Positions 28,155-37,335 of a stretch of DNA of 64,000 nucleotides are shown piece by piece. This DNA is from Candidatus Latescibacterota bacterium (lineage in GTDB: Bacteria; Latescibacterota; UBA2968; UBA8231). Where the stretch lies: the NCBI GenBank assembly GCA_965203355.1, contig OZ241889.1:2496001-2560000 (forward strand). Reading direction: 5' to 3'. Position numbers and translations under genes: made by a program. The notes beneath the pieces were generated by a model. That model made no database searches. It had not been told where the DNA came from and saw only the letters and a program-made list of their open reading frames with translations. Position 1 is the first letter of the stretch. Each line of letters begins with the position of its first letter.

Positions 28155-29837
28155 ATGGCAAAACACGCGCACAACCGAGTGCCCGCCGCGCCCGGTCGCG
28201 GAAAGCAGATTGGGGTCATTACCAAAGGCTCGCTAGTCGAGGGGCTGGAGATGAAGCTGGACCCCGAGCAGAATGTCGAGGATATGAAGGCCGGCAAATT
28301 CGTGGTCATCGAGGGCGACAAAAACGATTTCTTTTCCATGGTCACCGACATGCGCCTCGACGCCAACAACCAAGAGATTCTCCTGCATCCGCCGGGCCAA
28401 GAAGACGCGCTCCTGCGCCAAGTGCTCGCCGGCACCAGCACGTACAACATCGTCTCATTGCGGCCCATGCTGATGATGCCCAAGGACGCGGCCGCCGACG
28501 ACGGCCCGCGCCCGGTCAAAGCCATTCCAAGCCATTTCTCCGAGGTCCAAGAGGCCATGGCCGCCGACGTGGCCAAGATTTTCGGCTGCGAGGGCGACGC
28601 CGAGGGCCGCTATTTCAGCATCGGCAACCCGCTCGACATGGACACGCAGGTCTGCCTCGACATGATCCGCTTTGCCGAGCGCTCCAACGGCATCTTTGGC
28701 AAGACCGGCACGGGCAAGTCCTTCCTGACGCGCTTGGCACTGTGCGGGCTGATTCACTACGACAAGGCCGTCAACCTAATCTTCGACATGCACAACGAGT
28801 ACGGGTTTAAGGCCATGAAGGAAAACGGCTCCACCACGACGTTCGTCAAGGGCCTCAAACAGCTTTTTGGCGAGCGGGTGGCGATTTTTTCCCTAGACCC
28901 GCAATCGACCCGCGCGCGCGGCGTGCAGCCGGATCACGAGGTCTATATCTCCTACGACCAGATCACGGTCGAAGACATTGCCCCGCTGCAAGACGAGCTC
29001 AAGCTCAACCCCACGGCCGTGGAGTCGGCCTATTTGGTGTACGCGATTTACAAGGAGCGCTGGCTGAGTACGCTCTTGAAGTTGGAAGGCCCAGATGTGG
29101 AGGAATTTGCCCGCGAGATCGGCGCACACGCCGGGTCTTTAGTGGCCCTGCATCGCAAGCTCAAGCGGCTGGAAAACTTTCCCTTTATGATCGCCAAGTT
29201 GCGGGACGGCGATGTGGTGGACCGCATCATGGCATATCTCGACAAAGGGATCAACGTGGTGCTGGAGTTCGGGCAGCAGACGAGTATGCTGTGCTATTTG
29301 CTGGTGGCCAACATCATCGCCCGGCGCATCCACGAGATGTACGTCAAAAAGAGCGAGCGCTTCTACGCCACCCAACGCCCGGAAGATCAGCCGCGTCAGC
29401 TTATGATCACCATTGAGGAAGCGCACAAGTTCCTCAACCCCACGGCGGCTAAGCAGACCATCTTTGGCACCATTGCCCGCGAGATGCGCAAGTACTATGT
29501 CTCGCTGTTGGTCGTCGATCAGCGGCCGTCGAGCATTGACGACGAGGTGCTTTCGCAGATCGGTACGCGCATCACAGCCCTGCTCAACGACGAGAAGGAC
29601 ATCCAAGCGGTACTCACCGGGGTCAGCGGCACCGAAGGGCTGCGCAGTGTGCTAGCGAGCCTCGACTCCAAGCAACAGGCCCTGATCATCGGCCACGCCG
29701 TGCCCATGCCGGTGGTGATCAAGACCCGCGACTACGATGCCCAGTTCTACAGCGCGATGGGCTGTATGGACGAGCTGTCGGCCGAGAAACGGCGGGAAAA
29801 GGTGGAGCGGGATGTGGCGGCGTTGTTTGGGGAGTAG
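28155..29837 (+). CDS. herA: HerA/FtsK-family ATPase (DUF87)
   Basis: N-terminal HAS barrel; Walker A GKTGTGKS; FDMHNEYG; Walker B ITIEEAH; AREMRKY; DQRPS. Confidence 0.9.
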   Translation: MAKHAHNRVPAAPGRGKQIGVITKGSLVEGLEMKLDPEQNVEDMKAGKFVVIEGDKNDFFSMVTDMRLDANNQEILLHPPGQEDALLRQVLAGTSTYNIVSLRPMLMMPKDAAADDGPRPVKAIPSHFSEVQEAMAADVAKIFGCEGDAEGRYFSIGNPLDMDTQVCLDMIRFAERSNGIFGKTGTGKSFLTRLALCGLIHYDKAVNLIFDMHNEYGFKAMKENGSTTTFVKGLKQLFGERVAIFSLDPQSTRARGVQPDHEVYISYDQITVEDIAPLQDELKLNPTAVESAYLVYAIYKERWLSTLLKLEGPDVEEFAREIGAHAGSLVALHRKLKRLENFPFMIAKLRDGDVVDRIMAYLDKGINVVLEFGQQTSMLCYLLVANIIARRIHEMYVKKSERFYATQRPEDQPRQLMITIEEAHKFLNPTAAKQTIFGTIAREMRKYYVSLLVVDQRPSSIDDEVLSQIGTRITALLNDEKDIQAVLTGVSGTEGLRSVLASLDSKQQALIIGHAVPMPVVIKTRDYDAQFYSAMGCMDELSAEKRREKVERDVAALFGE

Positions 29838-29838
29838 G
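29759..29838 (+). repeat. 80-bp direct repeat, copy 1 (3' end of herA including the stop)
   Basis: GGGCTGTATGGACGAG...TTTGGGGAGTAGG matches 31864-31943 with one mismatch (GCC/GCT). Confidence 0.95.
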
Positions 29839-29845
29839 GGCGGCG

Positions 29846-30706
29846 ATGGAGACGTTTTCGAGCGGACAACACACCATCTACCACGGCGATGCAGTCTGTG
29901 TTCTGGAGTCGACTCGGATTCCAGAGGCTAGCATTGACTTGATATTTGCCGATCCACCGTACAATATCGGCAAGAACTTCAATGGGAGGCGAGACAAATG
30001 GCCCAGCGAAAAGGCGTACTGCGCATGGGTATCCCGCTGGCTTGATCTCTGTGTCCGTAAGCTCAAGCCGACTGGCAGCCTGTACTTAATGTGTGCGACA
30101 CAGTGTTTTGCGCCGTTTGATTTGCTCTTGAGCCAACGCCTAGCCATTCTTTCGCGGATTGTCTGGCACTACGACAGCTCCGGAGTTCAAGCAAAGCGAT
30201 ACTTTGGCTCTCTTTGGGAGCCGATATTTCACTGCGTGAAGGATCCTAAGCATTATACTTTTAATGCAGACGACATCCTCGTTGAGGCCAAAACTGGGGC
30301 GCAGCGCAAACTAATTGACTATCGCAAATCGGTTCCTACCCAATACAAGACTAAAAAGGTGCCCGGCAATGCTTGGTACTTTCCACGAGTACGCTATCGG
30401 ATGTCTGAGTACGAAGAACATCCGACGCAAAAGCCGATTGTACTACTAGAGCGCATTATTGCCGCTAGTTCAAACCCTGGAGATGTCATCCTCGATCCAT
30501 TCGCCGGAACATTCACTTCGGCTCGCGCTGCCGCCAATCTCAACCGGAGAAGTACGAGTATTGAGATTGACGAGGACTATCTAAAGATTGGACTTAGACG
30601 GCTCGGATTGGCTACCGAGTACAAGGGAGGTCGTTTACATCAGCCGCTAAAATCCTACGAAGACAGGTATCCCAACGAGTCCCAAAACCTTACACTTTTC
30701 GAGTAA
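29846..30706 (+). CDS. Beta-class N6-adenine DNA methyltransferase (YhdJ/CcrM-like)
   Basis: DPPY precedes HPTQKP and DPFAGTFTS. YDSSGVQAK, KVPGN and FPRVRYRM segments are YhdJ-like. Confidence 0.9.
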   Translation: METFSSGQHTIYHGDAVCVLESTRIPEASIDLIFADPPYNIGKNFNGRRDKWPSEKAYCAWVSRWLDLCVRKLKPTGSLYLMCATQCFAPFDLLLSQRLAILSRIVWHYDSSGVQAKRYFGSLWEPIFHCVKDPKHYTFNADDILVEAKTGAQRKLIDYRKSVPTQYKTKKVPGNAWYFPRVRYRMSEYEEHPTQKPIVLLERIIAASSNPGDVILDPFAGTFTSARAAANLNRRSTSIEIDEDYLKIGLRRLGLATEYKGGRLHQPLKSYEDRYPNESQNLTLFE

Positions 30707-31860
30707 TGAATCATTCCTTTACTGCTAAAATAATCGAGGAAGTAGGGCGTGAATTTAACGGGCTTGGGAGGACTTTCTTTGAGTTAAGTCCACTTCTTCA
30801 GTATATCAACAAAAAGACAAGATCCGCTAACCGAGGTTCAAAAGCACGAAGTAGTTTTGCCAACCTTTATGCTCTTTACGTCCTGATTGAAGACTACGTG
30901 AACAATGGGTATCTCGAAAAGGGCGACTATGCAGAGTATGAGGGGGCCGACTTTACCCCATTATTGCGCCGGATGCGCGAACTTCCCTTCGGGGCGCGGT
31001 TGCAGAATCACGCGCTCAATAATCGTGCAAATGACGATTTTCACAAGTATTTTCCTGAAGATGATCGACGCCCAATACTTCGAGACGTTTCGAGTCGGAA
31101 ATATTGGATCAATGAGGCATTACTGACTGTCTTTATAGGAGAGCGTAAATACAGCCTTGCCCAAGTAGTACTGCGAGTCATTGACTTTTACGTTGAAACG
31201 AAGCGCACGTCGTTTGCTCAGTTTATTGAAGACTGTGAACGACTGCAGAAAGTAAATGAAAAAGAGAATGATGAAGCAGCAGAATTTATTAGATCGCTGT
31301 TGTCGCCAAAGCGAGATGCTAGACTATTTGAAATAGCGAGTTACGCGATCCTAAAAGCTCATTTTTCGGCAGAAATCGTCTTTATTGGAAAGACTCGCGA
31401 TACTATCGAAAAAGAAGCATTGGAGTTGTTCAAGACAGGACGAACTAATGCTAATGATGGCGGTATTGATTTTGTCATGAGACCGTTGGGTAGGTTTTTT
31501 CAAGTTACAGAAACTCTCGATATAAAAAAATACTTTTTGGACATAGACAAAATAGAGAGGTATCCAATCTCGTTTGTGATTAAGACTACGCTTGAACTCG
31601 ATGAGATTCGCTCGCGCTTAGAAGATGGTGCTAAAGAGCAATATGGAGTGCGTGAGATTGTGCTGCGATATATGGCTGCTATTGAGGAGGTTTTTAACAG
31701 CCCACGATTGATCGCTATTTTGGACGGTTTGGTGCGTCAAGGCCGCGCCACCGAGGTGCTAGACGAAATAATCCGTTGGAGCAAAGTGGAGTTCAATATC
31801 GAAGACGATCTAGATTCTTCTGAGAGTGTCGCTGACGAAGACGAGGATACCAACGATTGA
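30706..31860 (+). CDS. Putative type II restriction endonuclease
   Basis: Coupled to the MTase (TAATG) and AT-rich. GRTNANDGGIDF..FFQV is a nuclease-like core. Confidence 0.75.
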   Translation: MNHSFTAKIIEEVGREFNGLGRTFFELSPLLQYINKKTRSANRGSKARSSFANLYALYVLIEDYVNNGYLEKGDYAEYEGADFTPLLRRMRELPFGARLQNHALNNRANDDFHKYFPEDDRRPILRDVSSRKYWINEALLTVFIGERKYSLAQVVLRVIDFYVETKRTSFAQFIEDCERLQKVNEKENDEAAEFIRSLLSPKRDARLFEIASYAILKAHFSAEIVFIGKTRDTIEKEALELFKTGRTNANDGGIDFVMRPLGRFFQVTETLDIKKYFLDIDKIERYPISFVIKTTLELDEIRSRLEDGAKEQYGVREIVLRYMAAIEEVFNSPRLIAILDGLVRQGRATEVLDEIIRWSKVEFNIEDDLDSSESVADEDEDTND

Positions 31861-31863
31861 AAG

Positions 31864-31943
31864 GGGCTGTATGGACGAGCTGTCGGCTGAGAAACGGCGG
31901 GAAAAGGTGGAGCGGGATGTGGCGGCGTTGTTTGGGGAGTAGG
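31864..31943 (+). repeat. 80-bp direct repeat, copy 2 (orphan herA 3' end)
   Basis: Duplicate of 29759-29838; starts 3 nt after the REase stop. Confidence 0.95.
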
Positions 31944-32215
31944 AAGTGTTGGTCCATGCGCTCAACACCCCAGACGGCGAAGCCTTCAGTTGTGTTCTCG
32001 GGTGTAAAAGCGTTACATGCCGAACAGAAACAATTGTGGTACGCCCATACTGAAAAAGGCTTCTACGTGTCGCCACACGGGTCCCACACCAGCCGGAAAA
32101 AGGACGGGGTTCGCCACCTCAAATGGGGCGAATTCCGCTGGCTCTTCGACGATGAACACACGGCCCACGGATGCCGAGGGGGGCGGGGGCTACTGACCAC
32201 TGACCACGGACGCCG

Positions 32216-35161
32216 CTACCGCAGCAACACCAGCTTGCGCGTGAACACGTCGTCGGCCGTCACCAGCCGATAGAAGTACACGCCGCTGGCCACCGGACGC
32301 CTCAAGTCGTCGTGGCCGTCCCAGTGCAGCCGATGGTAGCCAGCCGACTGCGGCCCTTCGGACAACACCGCCACCCGTTGGCCGCTCAGCGCGAACACTT
32401 CCAGCCGCACCGGACCCGGCTCCAGCAGGAAATACGAAACAACGGTCTCGCTGTTGAACGGATTGGGCGCGTTTTGCCGCAGCTCGGTGCGGCTGGGCCG
32501 GGCCACCCGTTTGCTATGAGCAAAAAAGTCGTCGAAGCCCGCGAACTTGGACGCTTGTCCCGTGGCCGTAAAGGTGAGCACCGTATCCAGCTCGGCGACC
32601 GTGGCCGCAACAGTGTTGGTGCCCGGAGCGGGGCCGAGTCGCAGAAAGGTTCTGACGCGGCCACGGGCATCGGTGAGCACGTGGGTCGCCGACAGGGTCC
32701 CGCCGCCGGCCGTGACAGCAAAGCGGACGACCGCCCCGGCGATGGGCTTGTCGTCTTCATCGAGTACGGAAACGACCAACGGCGCGGCCAGTTGCGCCCC
32801 GGCCAGCCCGGCTTGCCCGTCGCCGGCTACCTTGGCCAGCCTATCGGGAAGTATCCCGCGCGCCGTAGCGGTAAAAGTAACCGTATCAACATCAGTCAGA
32901 CTACGGGGAATCTGCCCGAGGGCCGTAGCAGTAAAAGTAACCGTATCAACATCAGCGACGGTGGCTACCACCGTGTTCGGCCCCAGATTGCGGCCCAGCG
33001 TCAGTATAGTTCTGGCGCGGCCATGGGCATCGGTGAAGGCGGTGGTATCCGAGAGGGTCCCGCCGCCGGCCGTAATAGCAAAGTGGACGACCGCCCCAGC
33101 GATGGGCTTGTCGTCTTCATCGAGTACGGAAACGACCAACGGCGCGGCCAGTTGCGCCCCGGCCAGCCCGGCTTGCCCGTCGCCGGCGACCTTGGCCAGC
33201 CTATCGGGAAGTGTCCCGAGTGCCGTAGCGGTAGCGGTAGCGGTAGCGGTAAAAGTAACCGTGTCAAGACCGGCGACCGTGGCCACCACCGTGTTCGGCC
33301 CCGGCGCCCGGCCCAGCGTCAGCGTACTGTAGGCGCGGCCATTCGATCCAGTGGAGTCGGTGGTATCCGAGAGGGTCCCGCCGCCGGCCGTGACAGCAAA
33401 GCGGACGACCGCCCCGACAAAGAGCTTGCCGTTTTGATCGGACACGGAAACGACAAACGGCTCAGACAACGTGGTGTCGGCTTGGCCTACTTGTCCATCG
33501 CCGGAGAATTTAGTCAAGGTATAGGGCACGGCCTGTTGGACGACGGGGGTTTGCACTGGCTCTCTGACGACGGGGGTTTGCACCGGCTCTCTGACGACGG
33601 GAGTTTGCACCGGCTCTCTGACGACAGGGGTTTGCACCGGCTCTCTGACGACAGGGGTTTGCACCGGCTCGTTGACGACGGGGGTTTGCACCGGCTCATT
33701 GACGACGGGGGCAGTATCCGCTTCGCGCGCCGTAGCGGTAAAAGTAACCGCATCAAGACCGGCGACCGTGGCCTCCACCGTGTTCGGCCCCGGAGTGCTG
33801 CCCAGCGTCAGCGTACTGCGGGCGCGACCATTCGATCCGGTGGAGGCGGTGGCATCCGAAAGCGTCCCACCGCCGGCCGTGACTGAAAAGCGGACGACCG
33901 CTCCGGCAAAGGGCGTGCCGTTTTGATCGGACGCGGAAACGACAAACGGCTCAGACAACGTAGTGCCGGTTTGGCCTACTTGTCCATCACCGGAGACTTT
34001 AGTCAAGGTAGAGACGACAGCAGGCTCCGCTTCAAGCACAAATTCTCTATGGGTTATATTCCCATCCTTATCAACGACCTTGATCTGCATCGCATGCTCG
34101 CTTGTATCGGAAAGACTTGCAGAAGACGAAGATGGAATAGTGCCGTCATACTCGAATTTAACAACGGCCTTTTTCTTTTTTTTGGCTTTCCATCCACGAC
34201 ATGCTACCAATTCATACGATCCAACGCTGATGTGCCCGGTCCGTGTTTTGCTTTGTAGCAACACCTGATGAAGCCCTTTCGAAGCACCGACTTCGAGTTC
34301 GATAGGGACACTCGCTGCTCCCGCCGGATAGGTCAGCGGCGAAGTGAATCTGATGGAAGGACTCTGCTTGCTCTGGCTAACTGAGCTACTGGATTTGAAG
34401 TAGGGATGCACAGCCAAGAGTCTAGCATGACAGGCGGCCAAAGTCACGCCGTTTGCGACAGTCCCCCAGTGAGTACGACCGTACGACATGATGTTGACCC
34501 TGTCGCTGAAGTCGTGCTTCAAACCAAAGGCATGTCCAAATTCATGGACTTGAGACGCCAAAGGTGTTTCTGTGGAATGTATCATCGCATATCCACCACT
34601 CTTCCCCCGGTGGAATCCCATCCCACCTATCCATTTGGATTCGGTCCACTCTTCTTTTTTTAGCGTTAAACGAAAGTCAACGCTGATAAAATAAATGTTC
34701 GCCTCGAGATCAAACGTCTGTCCAATTTCATCTCTCACTTTAGGAGCCCCATTTTCTCCGTAGTTACTTACTGCGTATTGCCCATCGACGCGATGTACCA
34801 GCGGTTCGCCCGATTCATCGGTTTCAAAGCTGAACGTTTTTTTACCGTAGCCATTTGCTTGCATCTGGGCAGCAAAAAAAGCCTGTATCTGCTTTATAGA
34901 GGCTTTCATGCTATTGACCGATGCTTGAATGAAAGGGCTGTTTTTAGGCACGAAGTAAATCATCCGCACCGTCCGCGGTTGGCCTGCTTGCAGGTCCGCT
35001 AGCCGCTTGGCCGCCGGCCGGGGATGATGCTCGGGCTCAAACGGCAGGCAAAAATGCACGCTGCCGGTAGGTTGAGAAGAAGCAGCATGGACGACCGATT
35101 GTGGCGAAAGAATAAGGACGATTAACGCAAAAAAGGTAGCATGACCAATGAGGGTTTTCAT
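32216..35161 (-). CDS. Exported metzincin metallopeptidase with four Big_1-like Ig domains, a Pro/Val/Thr linker and a C-terminal FlgD-Ig domain
   Basis: Signal peptide; HEFGHAFGLKH with Met-turn NIMSY; four KxxGDGQxG..V.F..TAGGGTLS repeats; NAPNPFN..WDGHDD..VASGVYFYRL. Confidence 0.88.
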   Translation of the reverse strand: MKTLIGHATFFALIVLILSPQSVVHAASSQPTGSVHFCLPFEPEHHPRPAAKRLADLQAGQPRTVRMIYFVPKNSPFIQASVNSMKASIKQIQAFFAAQMQANGYGKKTFSFETDESGEPLVHRVDGQYAVSNYGENGAPKVRDEIGQTFDLEANIYFISVDFRLTLKKEEWTESKWIGGMGFHRGKSGGYAMIHSTETPLASQVHEFGHAFGLKHDFSDRVNIMSYGRTHWGTVANGVTLAACHARLLAVHPYFKSSSSVSQSKQSPSIRFTSPLTYPAGAASVPIELEVGASKGLHQVLLQSKTRTGHISVGSYELVACRGWKAKKKKKAVVKFEYDGTIPSSSSASLSDTSEHAMQIKVVDKDGNITHREFVLEAEPAVVSTLTKVSGDGQVGQTGTTLSEPFVVSASDQNGTPFAGAVVRFSVTAGGGTLSDATASTGSNGRARSTLTLGSTPGPNTVEATVAGLDAVTFTATAREADTAPVVNEPVQTPVVNEPVQTPVVREPVQTPVVREPVQTPVVREPVQTPVVREPVQTPVVQQAVPYTLTKFSGDGQVGQADTTLSEPFVVSVSDQNGKLFVGAVVRFAVTAGGGTLSDTTDSTGSNGRAYSTLTLGRAPGPNTVVATVAGLDTVTFTATATATATALGTLPDRLAKVAGDGQAGLAGAQLAAPLVVSVLDEDDKPIAGAVVHFAITAGGGTLSDTTAFTDAHGRARTILTLGRNLGPNTVVATVADVDTVTFTATALGQIPRSLTDVDTVTFTATARGILPDRLAKVAGDGQAGLAGAQLAAPLVVSVLDEDDKPIAGAVVRFAVTAGGGTLSATHVLTDARGRVRTFLRLGPAPGTNTVAATVAELDTVLTFTATGQASKFAGFDDFFAHSKRVARPSRTELRQNAPNPFNSETVVSYFLLEPGPVRLEVFALSGQRVAVLSEGPQSAGYHRLHWDGHDDLRRPVASGVYFYRLVTADDVFTRKLVLLR
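33539..33711 (-). repeat. 27-bp coding tandem repeat, about 6 copies (EPVQTPVV[R/N])
   Basis: Repeated GGTTTGCACCGGCTCTCTGACGACGGG-like units, in frame within the metallopeptidase gene. Confidence 0.92.
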
Positions 35162-35299
35162 GGGGGCACTCCTTTAGCTAGCTAATATCGCGCAAGGACG
35201 AGAAAGCGATTTATGCCCTTTAGGTTAATAATTTTTACAGAGCCTGCGCAAATACGCCAAGCTCGCGGGCGTCGTCGCAGAAAAGCACAAAGGGGTTGT

Positions 35300-35764
35300 T
35301 CAGGGAGGCGGCTCCCCGCGCGAAAATGCTCGGGCGATCTGGTCGCAGCGCTCGTTGTTTGGATCGCCGGCGTGGCCTTGGGTGTATTGCCACTGGATGG
35401 CGGGCGTATTGAGTTGGTCTAGGATGCGCCACAAATCTTGGTTGAGTACGGGCTTTTTGCTCGCTGTGCGCCAGCCCCGCCGCTTCCAGCCGTGAATCCA
35501 CTCGGTAATGCCCTTGCGCAGGTACTCGCTGTCCGTAACGAGCGTGATGGCAACGCCGGGTGGCGCGGCGCGCAGCCCTTCGATGGCCGCTTGTAACTCC
35601 ATGCGATTGTTGGTCGTCTCTGGCGCAAAACCACCCAACTCCACCACGCGGCCATCGCCGTAGAGCAGCCGAGCGGCCCATCCGCCTGGTCCCGGATTGA
35701 ACGAGCAGGCCCCGTCGGTGAAAATGGTCACGGTTTGCGCGGAATTGGCTGGCTGTTGTAGCAC
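35300..35764 (-). CDS. rnhA: Ribonuclease HI
   Basis: [33 protein letters not shown] and GHAG..NERCD. Confidence 0.95.
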   Translation of the reverse strand: MLQQPANSAQTVTIFTDGACSFNPGPGGWAARLLYGDGRVVELGGFAPETTNNRMELQAAIEGLRAAPPGVAITLVTDSEYLRKGITEWIHGWKRRGWRTASKKPVLNQDLWRILDQLNTPAIQWQYTQGHAGDPNNERCDQIARAFSRGEPPP

Positions 35765-35924
35765 TGGATTTGCCTTTATTTGAGGTGAGCCGCTAGTTTG
35801 CTAGCATAAAACATGGTGCGCGCGGCGGCAATTGAGGCGGGTAGGAGCAGGCCCATTTGTGCCGAAGGTGATTGCCCTTAGATTAGGGGCTTCCTTTATC
35901 CGAATCGCAAAGAGAAAATGCAAT

Positions 35925-37319
35925 ATGGCAGCGTATGATGTGGTAGTTATTGGCGGTGGCCCAGGCGGGTATTCGGCCGCCATTCGCGCCCGGCAGTTGG
36001 GGTTAAAAACCGCGCTGGTTGAGGACGCTGAGTTGGGCGGCACCTGTCTCAACTGGGGCTGCATTCCCACCAAGGCTCTGCTCAAGCAAGCCGAAGTGTA
36101 CCAGCTTTTCTTGCGCGCCGACGAATTCGGCTTGCGCGTTGACCAGCCGGCCGTGGATTGGGATGCCGTCATTGGCCGGAGCCGCCAAGTCGCCGCGCAG
36201 TTGTCCAAAGGCGTGGCTTATCTGATGCAGAAGAACCAAGTCGAAGTGTTCGCTGGCCGAGGCCGGTTGACGCCCAGCCGCCAAGTCGCGGTTGAGGATG
36301 CCGAGGGGGCGGTCGTGGCCGAGCTGGACGCCGCACACGTGGTGCTGGCTACTGGCGCGTGCCCCAAATCCATTCCGGGCGTGGAATTCGATGGCGAGCG
36401 GATCATCGCCAGCCGCGAAGCCATGGTCGTGGCCGAGCAGCCCGCTTCCCTCGCCATCATTGGGGCCGGGGCCATTGGCGTAGAGTTCGCCTATTTCTAT
36501 CGCGCCTTTGGCAGCAACGTGTTGCTTTTGGAAGCCCTGCCTCAGGTCTTGCCGCGCGAAGACGAGGAGATCGCCGCGGGGCTGGCCGAGTGCTTGACGC
36601 GGCAGGGGATCGAGGTGGTGACCGGAGCCAAGGTTGAGGAGGTCAAAAGACAAAAGCGCGGGGTTGCGTTGCGTTACCGGGTCGGCCAAGAGCAGCAGAC
36701 GCGGAGGGTGGAACGAGTCTTGGTTGCCACGGGCGTCGAGGGCCATATCGAGGGGCTGGGGCTGGCAGTGCTGGGCATCCGCACCCGCGACGGCGCGATT
36801 GTGGTTGATGAGCGGATGCAGACCAGTGCCCAGGGCATCTACGCGATTGGCGATGTGGCCGGTCCACCGCTCTTGGCGCACGCGGCCGCGCAGGAAGGGA
36901 TCGCCGCTGTCGAATTTATAGCGGGCCGGGACCGGCCCACCTTGGACCCGCGCCAAGTGCCCAACTGCATCTATTGCCAGCCGCAAGTGGCCAGCGTCGG
37001 CCTGAGCGAAAGCCAAGCGCGCGCCGCCGGATACGACGTCAAGGTCGGGCGCTTCCCGTTTGCAGCCAGTGGCAAGGCGCAAGCGGCCGGGGAGACCGAG
37101 GGCTTGGTCAAGTTGGTTTTTGACGCACGCTACGGCGAGTTGCTGGGCGGGGCCGTGTTGGGGGCCGAGGCCACGGAATTGATCGCCGAATTGACGCTGG
37201 CCCTCCGGCTCGAAGCCACCTATGAAGAGCTGTTGCTGACCGTGCACGCCCATCCAACGCTGTCCGAGGCCGTGATGGAAGCGGCCGGACAGGCTTTTGG
37301 CGAGGCGATCAACTGTTGA
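35925..37319 (+). CDS. lpdA: Dihydrolipoyl dehydrogenase
   Basis: GGGPGG, GGTCLNWGCIPTK, GAGAIG and HAHPTLSE. Start at MAAYDVVVIG. Confidence 0.95.
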   Translation: MAAYDVVVIGGGPGGYSAAIRARQLGLKTALVEDAELGGTCLNWGCIPTKALLKQAEVYQLFLRADEFGLRVDQPAVDWDAVIGRSRQVAAQLSKGVAYLMQKNQVEVFAGRGRLTPSRQVAVEDAEGAVVAELDAAHVVLATGACPKSIPGVEFDGERIIASREAMVVAEQPASLAIIGAGAIGVEFAYFYRAFGSNVLLLEALPQVLPREDEEIAAGLAECLTRQGIEVVTGAKVEEVKRQKRGVALRYRVGQEQQTRRVERVLVATGVEGHIEGLGLAVLGIRTRDGAIVVDERMQTSAQGIYAIGDVAGPPLLAHAAAQEGIAAVEFIAGRDRPTLDPRQVPNCIYCQPQVASVGLSESQARAAGYDVKVGRFPFAASGKAQAAGETEGLVKLVFDARYGELLGGAVLGAEATELIAELTLALRLEATYEELLLTVHAHPTLSEAVMEAAGQAFGEAINC

Positions 37320-37335
37320 GAGTTAGGAATTGGGC

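Larger units (their letters stand above)
29839..31943 (+). mobile_element. Restriction-modification cassette inserted with a long target duplication; no integrase or transposase
   Basis: Two lower-GC R-M genes bounded by 80-bp direct repeats. Confidence 0.75.

Noticed and set aside
31857-32273. 138-aa ORF after the REase
   Set aside because: It begins in an off-frame reading of the duplicated herA end and overlaps the convergent gene; at most a remnant.
33539-33711. 27-bp repeats as a CRISPR array
   Set aside because: They are head-to-tail with no spacers and encode an in-frame peptide linker.
32312-33886. Long antisense ORFs here and elsewhere (e.g. 36003-37253, 19570-20532)
   Set aside because: Shadows of real genes in high-GC DNA, with no recognisable motifs.
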